DNA of 64,000 nt from Antedon mediterranea. Its lineage: Eukaryota; Animalia; Echinodermata. The translations under genes and the position numbers were made by a program. Below, one piece after another: positions 37,291-49,133 of the stretch. The stretch spans positions 18,560,101-18,624,100 of the forward strand of contig NC_092677.1 in the NCBI RefSeq assembly GCF_964355755.1. The letters are read 5' to 3'. The notes below the pieces were generated by a model. The model was not told the DNA's origin. It did no database searches and saw only the letters and a list, made by a program, of their open reading frames with translations. Within the stretch, counting starts at the first letter, position 1, and each line of letters opens with the position of its first letter.

Positions 37291-38399
37291 TTCCACCAAC
37301 AGAACTAGGAGCGAGTCGGCCTCGAACCGACATCATCACATATTACCTATTGAATGCATTAAAATTTAACTGATTTACTATCAAACGTATATTCGACAAT
37401 TCGACAAGAAATAGAATTAAGTAGCAATAGTATATATGACCTTGATCTTGTGGTATCGTGTACGTGCACAAAAACATCGAATCGAACATCGACTTGAACT
37501 ATACGTACATAACAGTAAGCCAACGAGTTAATAACCACACACTACATACAAGTAGCAATTTAACCTTGACCTTGTTGTATCGTGTGCACGCTCAAAAAAA
37601 CATCGAACATCGACTTATAACTATATACGTACATAATAGTAAGCCAACAACCACACAGTAGAAGCAACAATGATATAACATGGCCTTGACCTTGAAGTAT
37701 CGTGCACGCGCGCAGCAAATAACAAATATCGTCTTGAACTATTACGTTCATTAAACAAACGAGTTAACGTGCAAATATCGCGCGCATGAGCAGCAAATTA
37801 TAATAATCCAACGCGTTAACCACGACCCTAACAGACGTATCGTGAACAAACAATTATTGAAACAACTCAATACAATCATGATATAATGTAGTACCTCGAT
37901 CAAAATTGTTTGAGTCTAGCATTAAATTTGATCTGATTTTTTTTTTTACATTAATTTTGTGGCCGAAAAATTCTCATTATTTTTTACATTTGTGGGCGTT
38001 ATCACATTCATGGGCGATGATCGTTTTCACATTTGTGAGCGCTGTTTATTACATTTGTGGTTGATGCGTTTTCACATTTGTGGTTGTTTTCACATTTGTG
38101 GGTGATGCGTTTTCACATTTGTGGTTGTTTTCACATTTGTGGGTGATGCGTTTTCACATTTGTGGGCGTTTTCACATTTGTGGGTTCAACACGGATACAG
38201 GTTCTTAAACTATTTGCAAAAATATAAAAAAAAAATCATTACCAACATGGTAATATAGGTACTGTATTAAATTGTCCTACAGTATCATAGGTTTGAGTTG
38301 ATAAAGAGGTATATAAAAATAAACATAACATATAGTAAAGAGTTTACATTACAAACCATTGTGTTTCAACATCAGGTACTGATGACCTATAGTTGTTAT

Positions 38400-39680
38400 C
38401 ACAGGTGTATAATATTTACAAATCATATATAAAAGCAACAACACAAAAGAAAAACAATCTATATATTGGGAGATTTAAGTTCTGACCGTTTCTCCCATGC
38501 AGCTCTTGTGTATTGTTTACAAAACAAATCAAAAAAGGTCTCAGATTATTTACAAATCACGATAGAATCTTCACCTAAAATATACTGTAATTTATCATCA
38601 GCACTTGCTGTTGTGTAACGATTCCATGTGTCATAATCATTACAGAGCACAAGATTATTTTGTAGATTGGATAATTCTTTCATTCCAATATTATCAAATG
38701 CTTTACAGTTTAATAAAAAATGTTTAATGTCTTCAATTTCACCATTCCCACATAAAGTACAAAGACCGGACACATCATTGGACCACTTATAAGTTTTACA
38801 ATCTAAAGGTAGAGTGTTAGATCTTAATTTAAATTTCAGACTTGTCTCATAAAAATGTATTTTATCAAGTAAATATTTTTCTAAATTAGGGAAAGGTTTC
38901 AATTTTGAGTATAAATTTAATGAGGTTTTTTGCATTATATTATTAGACCACTCTGATTTATATGATTCTGACAAACATCGCTCGACATTGCTGACTGAGA
39001 AAGGAACAAGAGTTAAACTATCATTATCAAAAACATTGTTGTAAAAGCCTATATCTGTACATTTTTCAAATATGTCAACACAACTACTAAGAAATTTATA
39101 TTTTAAACAATCAAAGTTACATTTCAATTGTAGCATAGAATTAAGTACAATATTAGGCCACCTGTGGTCATCCATAGATATAAAACGATTAAATAATTTA
39201 ACTCTGGACAGTTTGTGTAACTTGGATATTGGAACCCACCCAAGGTCACCATAACGTGCCTTTTTTTGAGTATACCGTGGAGCTTTGAGAAGAAAGCGGG
39301 CCATTTGCAATTGCACTTTCTCTAGGTCTTCGTTATCCTTCTTGGATTTATTATACCAAATGCTACAAGCATAATTTATTGAAGGAATTGCAATGGTTTT
39401 CCACAGTATGTTTCCATAGTACACCCGGTTAAAGTCATCAAGGTAAGCTATGATACCTTTGATATAAGCTATAAGCCGGTTGCCCTTTTGGATAACATGT
39501 TCATAATGTGAATTTTCACTCATGTTTGAGGAAATATAGACCCCTAAATATTTATAACTATTTACTTCTTTTATCGATTTTTCACCTAATTTCCACTCTT
39601 TATCTTTATCTATGCGTTTACCAACAACCATGACACTTGATTTTTCATGATTAAAACCAAGTTTCTATTCTTTGGCGATG
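38400..39680 (-). mobile_element. LINE-D: 3' fragment of a non-LTR retrotransposon (RT thumb and C-terminal CCHC)
   Basis: ORF 38546..39631 has YKYLGVYIS, INYACSIW, LEKVQLQMARFLL and CTLC...HFLLNC. Boundaries are approximate. Confidence 0.85.
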
Positions 39681-40044
39681 GTGATATTTTCGATTTTATT
39701 TTATAGTCATTTGTACTTGTCTCGTTCGTTACACCTGACATAAATTTAGCGCCGAGGGTAACTAACCAATCGTAGCATTGTATGTAAATGATTACGTATT
39801 AAGCCAGCTGCACTGAAAGTGAAACATGTCACCGTACATACGCAAATTACAGACACGAATTACATCTTCTTTTTTTCCTATTGGAAGGTACTACTGAAGG
39901 TGAGAATTCATGTTTTATTTGTGCAATGTGATGTTTCAATCAATCGTAGGGTGACGATTAGGGAGACATTACCAGTGTCCAAATCGTACTCGACGTGTAT
40001 GTCATGTTTAACTATATATCTCATAAGTCGCCCACAACTGATAA

Positions 40045-40185
40045 ACCAGTCCAGCGGTGAGCGAATTAAGACAGTGGACTCCATCGTCATCAAACCTGGA
40101 AGGGTTCGAGGTCCACTCGCTTACTTTATGGTTGTGGTAGTAAAGTTTTCTCGGATAAGGACTAAACTATAGGTCTATTTGCACG
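40045..40185 (+). mobile_element. 5' part of a tRNA-derived SINE related to 37040-37290
   Basis: A-box-like AGTCCAGCGG, B-box-like GGTTCGAGGTCC, then TTCTCGGATAAGGACTAAACTATAGGTC. Confidence 0.5.
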
Positions 40186-40862
40186 CACAATGTTCGCTGA
40201 ACAAAAAAAAAACATAGTACATTTTTCAAAACGAGTAGGTAACTAGCTACTTTAGTGGTGGTTCACATGCAGCCACTGTCGTGGACAGAGGCGATGACGT
40301 CATAAGAGCAGAATAAATAAAGAAGAATAAACCCAAAGGCTATATTGTATAGTTTGCTTTGGTGGAGTAATATAACAACTTTAATTTGGAATCAACACAT
40401 TGGTAATAATAAAAAAGCTCTTGATGGGCTTCATTAAATAAAGAATAAATTGTATCATTATCCAAATACATACAATCATTGATTATTGTTTATAAATACA
40501 TTGCTCCCCTTTGATTATTGTAATGTTATATGTAAAGTAACCAAACAGAAAAAAATCGATGTGTTAAAATCACAGCAATTAATTACAAGATATGTTTCAA
40601 GTTATATAGCAATGTGGTAAAAACTAAACTGGATCTATTTCAACAAAAAATTACTTTGACAGGTTTACTGATATTTTTAAAGTTTGTAAAGAAAGTACTG
40701 AATAATAAAAAGATTTGTGGAATTGTGTTATTATCCTTTCCTAATTGTACTGCATACGGCAGTTACACAGTAAATGTCACGGTTACTTTTAAATCCTCAT
40801 ATCGGAGAAATGGTAACAAAATATCAAGCAGAATGTGCAAAGGTATAAAACTACATAATAAT

Positions 40863-41344
40863 AGGGAGGTTTCGCAATCTTACGAATACGATAACGACAA
40901 CGGATACGTCACGCACACGTATTCGTTTTTCGTAAGCCAGTAAAAATCTGTTTCGCATGGCAACGAAATATTGAGGGCGCCGTCCAAAATATGACTGCGG
41001 TAAATTTGAGCGAAGCGCCTTGGCTGCCTAGGCCTAGCGTAACATCAAAGACTTTAAAAACTGCTATTTATCAAAATTGACCTGGCATTTTAGTAAATTA
41101 CTTTAGTAAATTACTTTCAATAAAGGTATAATTATATTATAGTCATTAATCATTCCTAATTCAAATGCAAAATGTGCAAAATAGATCAAAAACTATACTC
41201 GTTTTGTAGTTACGAATATGACTGGTGATATTCGTCAACACGAATACGCTTTACGAATATGAAATGGGGATCAGCTCAAAAGTTTCACAAATGTATGACG
41301 TATCCGTTTTCGTTATCGTATTCGTAAGGTTGCGAAACCTCCCT
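40863..41344. mobile_element. MITE, PIF/Harbinger-like
   Basis: ~48-bp TIR AGGGAGGTTTCGCAATCTTACGAATACGATAACGACAACGGATACGTCA and a 3-bp AAT on both sides (40860-40862, 41345-41347). Confidence 0.8.
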
Positions 41345-41845
41345 AATGTTCAGACATCAATATCTCAATCATTTGAGGTACTGTATAGTGAACTATGAAC
41401 CACGATGAAAGCTACTTTAAGAACAAACAATTCTCTGTACAGTGTCTAGATTTCTCCAGTATTATAGAAGTTTTTGGTAATACAACATCACATTTGTTTT
41501 AAATGTATCTCCTATTATCCTATCATGACACTGAGCATCGAGTATTTAAAAAAGGCATTTGATAGAATATGTAACTCCGAGTAACCCTTCAAAACATATT
41601 GTTGCATGACTTCCTTGTACCTATCGACCTGGTATTTTCTATTTTATGATGTTTTCTAGAGAAAATTCAAAAGAAACTCATAGAATAAACAAGGAAGCTA
41701 CAGGTAGTTCATAAAGCAGTAATAGGTTTATATTTATTTAGTATTTCTTGGTTCAAATTCAATTGATCCATCCTACTAATCAGTACTGTGCACTATTCTT
41801 TTGTACCTTCAACTTGTTTACGTCTAAGATACACAATGTGACCCC

Positions 41846-41976
41846 TTGAGCATATTGATCCTTTGAACCCCCTGGTACTAGTTAAACAAATCAATCAAAC
41901 ATTTATAAAGCATTATACATTTATTTATTATTTCCTGGTTCAAACAACGTTCTGTTCATCCCAAAAGTGTCAAACT
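41846..41976 (+). promoter_or_regulatory. Putative core promoter 1 of gene 2 (TATAAA at 41904-41909)
   Basis: TATA lies ~70 nt upstream of the ATG at 41977. The block is conserved in the duplicate at ~42493-42610. Confidence 0.45.
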
Positions 41977-42070
41977 ATGGTGAAGATATTATCTTCTTCG
42001 CATTTATATGAAATGTTACTAACATTTCTGATTTTGATATTTGGAATTTTTAATTCTGTCAATTCCCAAA
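41977..42070 (+). CDS. Gene 2 first exon A: signal peptide
   Basis: Reads MVKILSSSHLYEMLLTFLILIFGIFNSVNSQ plus A|GTAAGT, phase 1, compatible with the downstream exons. Confidence 0.7.
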
Positions 42071-42492
42071 GTAAGTATTTTTTTTTAGGCTCTTATTTCG
42101 GAATGTCTGGAGTCATAGAAAATAAATATAATACGCTCGTCTACCATCTAGGTCGTGTCCACGGCTGACGGTTCTCACCTATTAAGGGGATACATTTTGG
42201 GACCTAACAAATTGTAACTGGATAGGAATTTTAGAAGAAAAATAATGATAAATAATCGACCCGGACTCAAGAAAGTGAGAACAATTGAACATTTGGCAAC
42301 CAACTCGGTATCATTCACAGTTTATATTTATTTATTATTTCGTGGTTCAAATAGAATCCTACATTATTCAAAAGTGTTTTGAAAGACTACGATTCAAAAT
42401 AAACACGTCACAATGTATTGCAAACTATAATGCATTATTCTTTGTATCTACAACTGTCTACGTTCGTCTACAAAACAGCAATATAAAACCAT

Positions 42493-42610
42493 TTGAGCAT
42501 ATTAATCCTTTGAACCTCATAGTACCTATTTCAACATATCAGATCAAGATAAACGTATATAAAGCACTATTTCTACATTTATTTATTAGTTCCTGGTACA
42601 TACAACTTTG
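42493..42610 (+). promoter_or_regulatory. Putative core promoter 2 of gene 2 (TATATAAA at 42556-42563)
   Basis: Diverged duplicate of 41846-41950 (TTGAGCATATT.ATCCTTTGAACC...TATAAAGCA...CATTTATTTATTA.TTCCTGGT). Confidence 0.45.
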
Positions 42611-42718
42611 TATACTTTAAACATTTTAAAACCATGTTGAAGATATTGTTTTGAGTGAAACATTTTTAGTTTTGATTGTATCAGACGATTAGTGTTTGTG
42701 TTTACATTTAAAAGGAAA

Positions 42719-42776
42719 ATGTTACTAACATTTCTGATTTTGATACTTGGAATTTCTAATCTTGTCAATTCACAAA
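42719..42776 (+). CDS. Gene 2 first exon B: signal peptide (duplicate)
   Basis: Reads MLLTFLILILGISNLVNSQ plus A|GTGAGT, phase 1. Confidence 0.7.
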
Positions 42777-45138
42777 GTGAGTATTTTCTTCCTAGTTAGA
42801 CTTTAATCAATATCTTGATCAGGTCGTGAGCATTTTTAGGTTTTTACTCAAGTTCCAGAACACTTTATAAAGTTTTATCGACACATTTGTAATACAAGCC
42901 AATGAACAAAGGTATTTAGTTTTCATGGCGGTCACCTATGTTAAGTCAAACAAACCTTTATTTTTAGTGAGTCAAAATGTCAAAATGCAATAACATGTAA
43001 CCGTTCTACACGTAACACGGAAGAAATACAGCATCGACTGGTGAGTGTGGTTGATGGCTGCAGACAGATAATAATAGAGAGTTCAAATGAAATATTTGAC
43101 TTATATATATATGTTACTATCATTCCTATTAACGTTGGAATACAAATCACATAATAAACTTAGTTTGTTGAAAACTGGCAGTGGCCCAGCCTCTTGGTGT
43201 AGTAACTCGGTTTGAAGTTGGGCACTTTATTGATTCCCTCGACTGGCTGTGGACTTATAACACACAGATTTAAACTTGATCAATCTTCCCTCAACCAGAA
43301 TTTAATAGATTTGAAATTAAGTTGTATCTAAATCTGAAATACCTGAATTTGTTGAGCAAGGAATAAGTTTAAATACAATTTATTTCGGAACGTACAAAGA
43401 GGACCTGCCTGCTCTTAATAGGTTTAGAGTTAATTTAGGTCAAGTCAAGTCAAATAAATTTATTGTCATTTGTAAACATATAAAAACATTTACATTGAAA
43501 TGAATTGAATGGTTTCGGCTAACAACAAATAAATAGAACTTAAACTACATGGTGAACCAGCCTCACAATAATTAACTCATGTTTATAGTATGCAGATGGT
43601 TAGCAATTTCGGAATGATAGTGACTCGGTAAAACGGTTTTAGAAGGACGTTCTAGTTTCGAAGTTTTCGGTTACCATTATTGAAATACTTGAAAAAACTA
43701 AACCTACTCTGTTTCACAGTGTCTCAGATGATTAATAACATTTTAAAGTATAGTGTTTATTGTTTGGTAGGGCCCGTATATGGCGGAGGTGGGTAGGTGG
43801 AGTTCATTTAAGGGAGGTGCTTATTCGAGGATACGATTAATTTTTTAGTTTGAATAATAGGGTAACATTTAAAAATCAAATCGAATCTTTTAATAGATAT
43901 GAAAGTGGTAAAAAGAATAACAAATGCTTGGTAAATTGTAAATAACAGTCCGATGAATTCTACTACAAATAGTATAATTGTGTTATGAATATAATACAAT
44001 ATTGTGTGTATAAATGCGGATGGGCGGTTCCAAGTGATGTTTTGTTGGGGAGGTGTTGGGTGTTTATTCAAATATATACCATCCTAATAATTAATACATT
44101 ATTTAGTCCAAATCGTAAGAAACTAACTTCCCCGACAAAGTGGGCCGTTTCGTTTCGGCCTAAGAAAGAAGACGTTTTAAACGGCTTGCAACATGGGCAG
44201 AAGTATCCACAGGTCCTAACGGGACACAGATAGCCCACAATTATTCCTGCCTGCTTACTCAACAACTCGGATATCGGAGTTTCACGCGATTTTAAACATC
44301 ATCAGTTATCCCGATGCAATTTTATATACTATTTCCCACAATATAGTATATAAAATTCTTTATAAATATATTTAATTTTGATCTTTATTAATTTGCAGTA
44401 TAATTTTTATTTTCTACTGTACCTTCACACGCGCGGTCCGAAAATAAACAAAAAACTTAAATGGCTATCGCCATCAACGGCATACTTAGTTAAAACCAGG
44501 AAGTTGCAAGGTGATGATTCAACGTGAACCCGGAAATGACTTTTAGGTAGGTAACCAAGACGGAGATTTGTCCCAAAGTTTTTCCAGTGTGCTCGCCTAT
44601 GTCCGAATAAAGCATCATTTATATATTTATTTATATAAGATATGGTTATATGCAAACCAACACTATGTATAGGCCTAACAATCCCGTTTTGGTAAAGTCT
44701 AAATAAAATGACATCGTTTCGCATGCATGCCTGCAACCGTATGGTCTTTACAAAATCTATCCATCATTGTCAATTTAAGTCCACAATCAAAATTTAAAAA
44801 GTTAACTTTTGTTAATTTCTTGGTGAATTTTGTTTGTATGTTTTGTATACACTTACTAACCGATAAAAAGGAGAATGAATGAATCAATACTCGTTGAATA
44901 ATAATAATATTGATTTATATAGCGATTTTAAATGAACTGAATTATACAGACTTTAAAAAACTACATTTCTAATAAGGATTACAGTAACAATACAGAATAT
45001 TACACCAAAAAGTACCAAGACCAAGAACACTACACACTGCGCAGTAGTTAAGTGGTCTGGCACCAAAAAGCAGATTATTCTTCATTTTCTCTTACTTTCG
45101 TTGTGCTATTTTTGTTTTTTCTTTTTTTTTGTTATTAG

Positions 45139-45417
45139 ATAATGAACGTTCAATTATTGACTGCCCCACAAATGTCACTTCTAATAATTACATCGGAGGA
45201 GTATTTGGACTAATAAATATCCAAACAGACCAAAGAAGTCCAAATGCAACAGTCACGTGGGATCCTCCTGTGACAAGTGGCAATGGAACGATGACTGTGG
45301 TGTCATCGTCCTACGAGTCAGGTGACATGATTCCAATTGGAACTCACATAATCACCTTTACAGCAACCGATCTCTTTGGAAATAATGCAACATGTGACTT
45401 TTTCATCAAGGTGGAAG
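45139..45417 (+). CDS. Gene 2 HYR exon 1
   Basis: 279 nt, AG/GT. Reads NERSIIDCPTNV...VTWDPPV...ITFTATDLFGNNATCDFFIKVE. Confidence 0.88.
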
Positions 45418-45887
45418 GTAAATTAATAAAACCTTTATCTTAGTATCTAACAAAAAATCATAATATAGGATAAACTAAACATCAATTATAAATGCGATTA
45501 AACCACGATAATACAGTTTTTTATAACCTAATAACAATGTTACTATGTAAAAATAAAATGAAAAAAATGTATAACATTAATCTACAGACAGAAACAATTT
45601 ATTAACTGATTTGCAACTGACATGTGCAAATGTAAAATGTGGTATTTCCAATGCAAAAAAAAGAATAATAAAGTCCAGGAAATAATGTTACGTGTATATT
45701 AAACGAAATGATGAAAAATACAAATGTTTAAGTTAAGTTTTAAAAAAACTAACTAACTCCGTCGAATGGATTTATAGAAAAATTATACCATGCAAAAAAT
45801 AGGAATAAATACAACATTCTTAACAAGAAAATATAACTTTGCAACGCATAACCGTCCCGCCAAACCAAACACACATTTTGCATTTAT

Positions 45888-46010
45888 ATTTAGTCGCGTG
45901 CGTGCAACGCGACTCTACAGCTCACTATGTCTGTCAGATGGTCGGATGGTCGGTCGGGCGGTTGGTTGGTAAACACTAACTCAAATTTGACCATGCGACT
46001 GTAGTCATGT
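45888..46010 (+). mobile_element. Helentron-associated (HINE/DINE-1-like) 5' end
   Basis: T-run, then an AGTCGCGT...ACGCGACT inverted pair, then a (GGTC/GGTT)n microsatellite. Confidence 0.5.
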
Positions 46011-47479
46011 ATATTCAATTCAACTTTTACTTCATACAATTGTCCATATGGTATAATACATTACACAAAAAAAAAGATGAAGGAGAGAGGACCAAAACTC
46101 TAATACAATGCCGCTCTCCTTTTGTAGTACATGTTTGAATCCATCAACAAATATTTATATATACAAATTAACATTCTTTTTTCGCTTTTCATTATTCTTG
46201 TAAGAAATCGGTAAGTCGAAATCTTCAAATATTCATAAAATGATGGAATATTGTTTTCCACAAAAAATTCCTCGCACTAACTAATCTGAGTTGTCCCAAC
46301 AACATTTGGAAAGCATCATTATAACAAACTTCAAGTCGGTTAATTACTTTTTTAAATGATTAGACCATAATGGAGAACAGTACATGTTAATAAAATATGA
46401 TCTGAACGAAAAACATTTGATTGATTTGGAGCCTTGTTACTTTAAAAAGGCCTAAGACACAGTAAGATCGAGTAAAGAGTAAAATAAAAATATACAAAAT
46501 GTTACTATTATTTATAATATAATAGAGATGAACTGAATATTAATTAGAATAGAAAGTTAATGAATGTTTTGTATACAGTACAAAAATTTTGCCTTTTTGA
46601 CGGATAATGTATTACTGATGTAATGTAAAACACTAAAAAACTTTAAAAACAAATTAATAACTTTGTAACAAGATTTAATGTTGATAAATCATGTTTTAGT
46701 AACGGGTCAATAAGTAAATGAATATAGAAAATTGAAATTTTTAGAAAGTTATAATAAAAGTAAATTGAAATGTTCAACTCATATTAACAAGTTAACCGAT
46801 TAGTTATGTACATTCGTTCATAAATATCTCATATCTTCATGTCTCGTCATAAACATCAAAACAATTCAAAAGCAAATACAAATCCGTTCAAATTGTTATT
46901 ATTTACTCATTCAAATTATTTCAATCTACAAACAAAAACAGCAAAATTTAACACAATCACAACGAGCGTCGGAGAGGCAAAAGATGGGCTGACAACCAAG
47001 TTGTGAAGCTAAACTAAGAATTAAGCACGAGTAAGATATGAAAGTGGGCTTTTATTATAATTTGGATAATTTCCATATTTCTTCACAGTCCTAAGATTCA
47101 TAGTGTGGGTGGATTGGAAACCAGTGGGAGAATGTTTCACTCTTGGTAGTTTTTTTTTTAAGTAAACCCCATAAACAGTGATCTCCGACGCTTGCTGATT
47201 ATAGCAGGGAAGTGTAATTTCACTCTTCCATGATTATAGGAATAATAATATTAATAATAAATCAGAATTGATGCGCTTTACATTAAAACAACAATATTCA
47301 GAGAGAAATTAATCAAAACACAACTTAAGAAGTGCTTACTAATTGTTTGAATGTAACGATAGAGGATACGTTCCAAAGAGCTCCTGACGCACAGACGAAT
47401 GAGCGACTTCCATAAAACTGTTTTATTTTATTTTCATTTTTTTTTATTTGAACATTATTTAATGAGGGTGATCCATCAA

Positions 47480-47850
47480 GCATAAGTTGATCATTAGGGA
47501 CCCTCAAACTATACAAACAGTAAATACAAATTAAACTATAAAAATACAAAATTAACAAGGATATAAAAAGTAAATATATAAATAAATACAGTAGGCCTAC
47601 TATGTAAGAAGGATAATTAAAAAATAATTAATATCAGGGGGAGAGAGAGAAAGAAAGAGATGTTTTTTTCAATAGATATTTAAAGGAGAAGAAATTGTAA
47701 GAGTTACGAAAGGGCGTACAGAGTGTGAGAGAAGAGACCCAGAAGAAGACCTCAGAGGTATTTTAAGAGCATAGCATTTGATGAGTTCTTTTTCGAATGT
47801 TGGTGAAGAGTTGTGACTGGCTTTGTATGTAAGCAACAGAATCTTAAATG
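47480..47850 (-). mobile_element. Decayed L2-like LINE 3' fragment
   Basis: Minus strand translates FKILLLTYKASHNSSP...PLRSSSGSLL, resembling the L2 ORF2 C-terminus. Confidence 0.55.
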
Positions 47851-48331
47851 GAAGAATAATAATAACATTAAAAATGAAATAATACTAAGATGATCGATTC
47901 TGTGAATAAGACTACAATTGGTTATGTGATGGGAAATCATCTATTGAACAATTAGGTACGAGGTAGTTAGATGACGTTAGAAATGCAAATACCACAATGC
48001 CTTAATTAAAACAATATTGTTATTCATACAAATATTATTAAAAATAACTTTACCTCTCAACACAAATCTCCAATAAAATGTGATAATTAACATAGATATT
48101 GAATGGGAGAATATATGGACACAAAAAGTATGCAAGATACAGAAACGAAAGATGACGAATTTTAAATTTAAAATACTACACAAAATACTTTGAGAATATA
48201 ATAATTAGAACAGATAAAGAGTATACGAATACCATTATTACATTAGGTTGATTCTGTTTGACCTTATATTCACTCAATAGCCTGTAAATCTGTAATATCT
48301 TGTATATTATTGCTTTCTTTTTTATGTTTAG

Positions 48332-48628
48332 ATGTTGAGCCACCTACTGCGACATGTCCTTCCATAGTATATGGTATGACTGATCCTGGAAGTTCCAATG
48401 GTACTGTAAGTTTCAACATTACTGTAGTGGATAATGTTCTAGTCGCTTGCTTGTTTACAAACTATACACTAATCAACCCAAATTGGTTACCTGTTGACAT
48501 GGTTTCTTATGTCTTCCAAACTGCTGCTGTGTTTCCTTTTGGAGAAACTATCATTGAGTACACATTCCTTGACAATTCTTCACCGACATCTAATCAAGCC
48601 TCGTGTTATGTTACAGTAAATATTCAAG
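48332..48628 (+). CDS. Gene 2 long HYR exon 2a
   Basis: 297 nt, AG/GT. Reads DVEPPTATCPSIVYGMTDPG...FPFGETIIEYTF.DNS..NQASCYVTVNIQ. Confidence 0.88.
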
Positions 48629-49133
48629 GTATGATGTTTATTGTTATCAAGTGCCTTATATATTAACCGATTGACCTAGTAGTTTTTCATTGAATACGAA
48701 ATGATTTATATTTTAAATATAAATAAATATTGATGATGATCTCATACAATCACAAGGAGTTATCCGCAAAGGTGCGGAAAACTAATAATAAAAATGCAAT
48801 ATTACTAAGATGATCTATTCTGAGAATAAGACTACAACTATACGAGGTAGTTAGATGACGTTAAAATGCAACTACCACAATGATAAATTTACCTCTCCAA
48901 ACAAATATCAAATAAAATAGAAAAAAAATAACATAGATATTGAATGGGAGAATGTATAGACACAAAAAGTATGCAAGATAAAAGAAGAACGAAATACAAT
49001 AAACTTTAAATTTGAAATATTACAGAATGCTTTAAGAATATCATAAATAAAGCAGATTATATATTAATACTATTATTACATTAGTTTGCTTCTGTTTGTT
49101 CCCTCAATAGCCTGTTAAGCTGTAAAATCGATT

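Larger units (their letters stand above)
34157..38191. mobile_element. Foldback-type non-autonomous DNA transposon, ~750-bp TIRs, TGT...ACA ends, 5-bp TSD (Ginger2/TDD-like by termini)
   Basis: TSD CGGAT at 34152-34156 and 38192-38196. Arms ~34157-34900 and ~37420-38191 have an outer (C)CCACAAATGTGAAAAC minisatellite and inner ~125-bp CAAGGTCAAGG repeats. No transposase ORF. Confidence 0.85.

Noticed and set aside
34563-37751. ORFs 34563..34760, 34632..34862, 37458..37661 and 37560..37751
   Set aside because: Chance frames in the inverted arms of the foldback element. They recur only because the DNA is repeated.
30381-41976. Expected GAIN, GPS and 7TM exons of gene 1
   Set aside because: No splice-bounded frames with a GPS motif (C.C.HLT.F) or transmembrane runs were found by eye. 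Very short or decayed exons cannot be excluded.
43700-44890. Short ORFs and TE-like GC-richer patches in gene 2 intron 1
   Set aside because: No paired TIRs, TSDs or protein motifs could be established.
46010-46460. Possible decayed minus-strand LINE 3' fragment (YCSPLWS...VCYNDAF)
   Set aside because: Only scattered motifs across broken frames, not enough to list as a feature.
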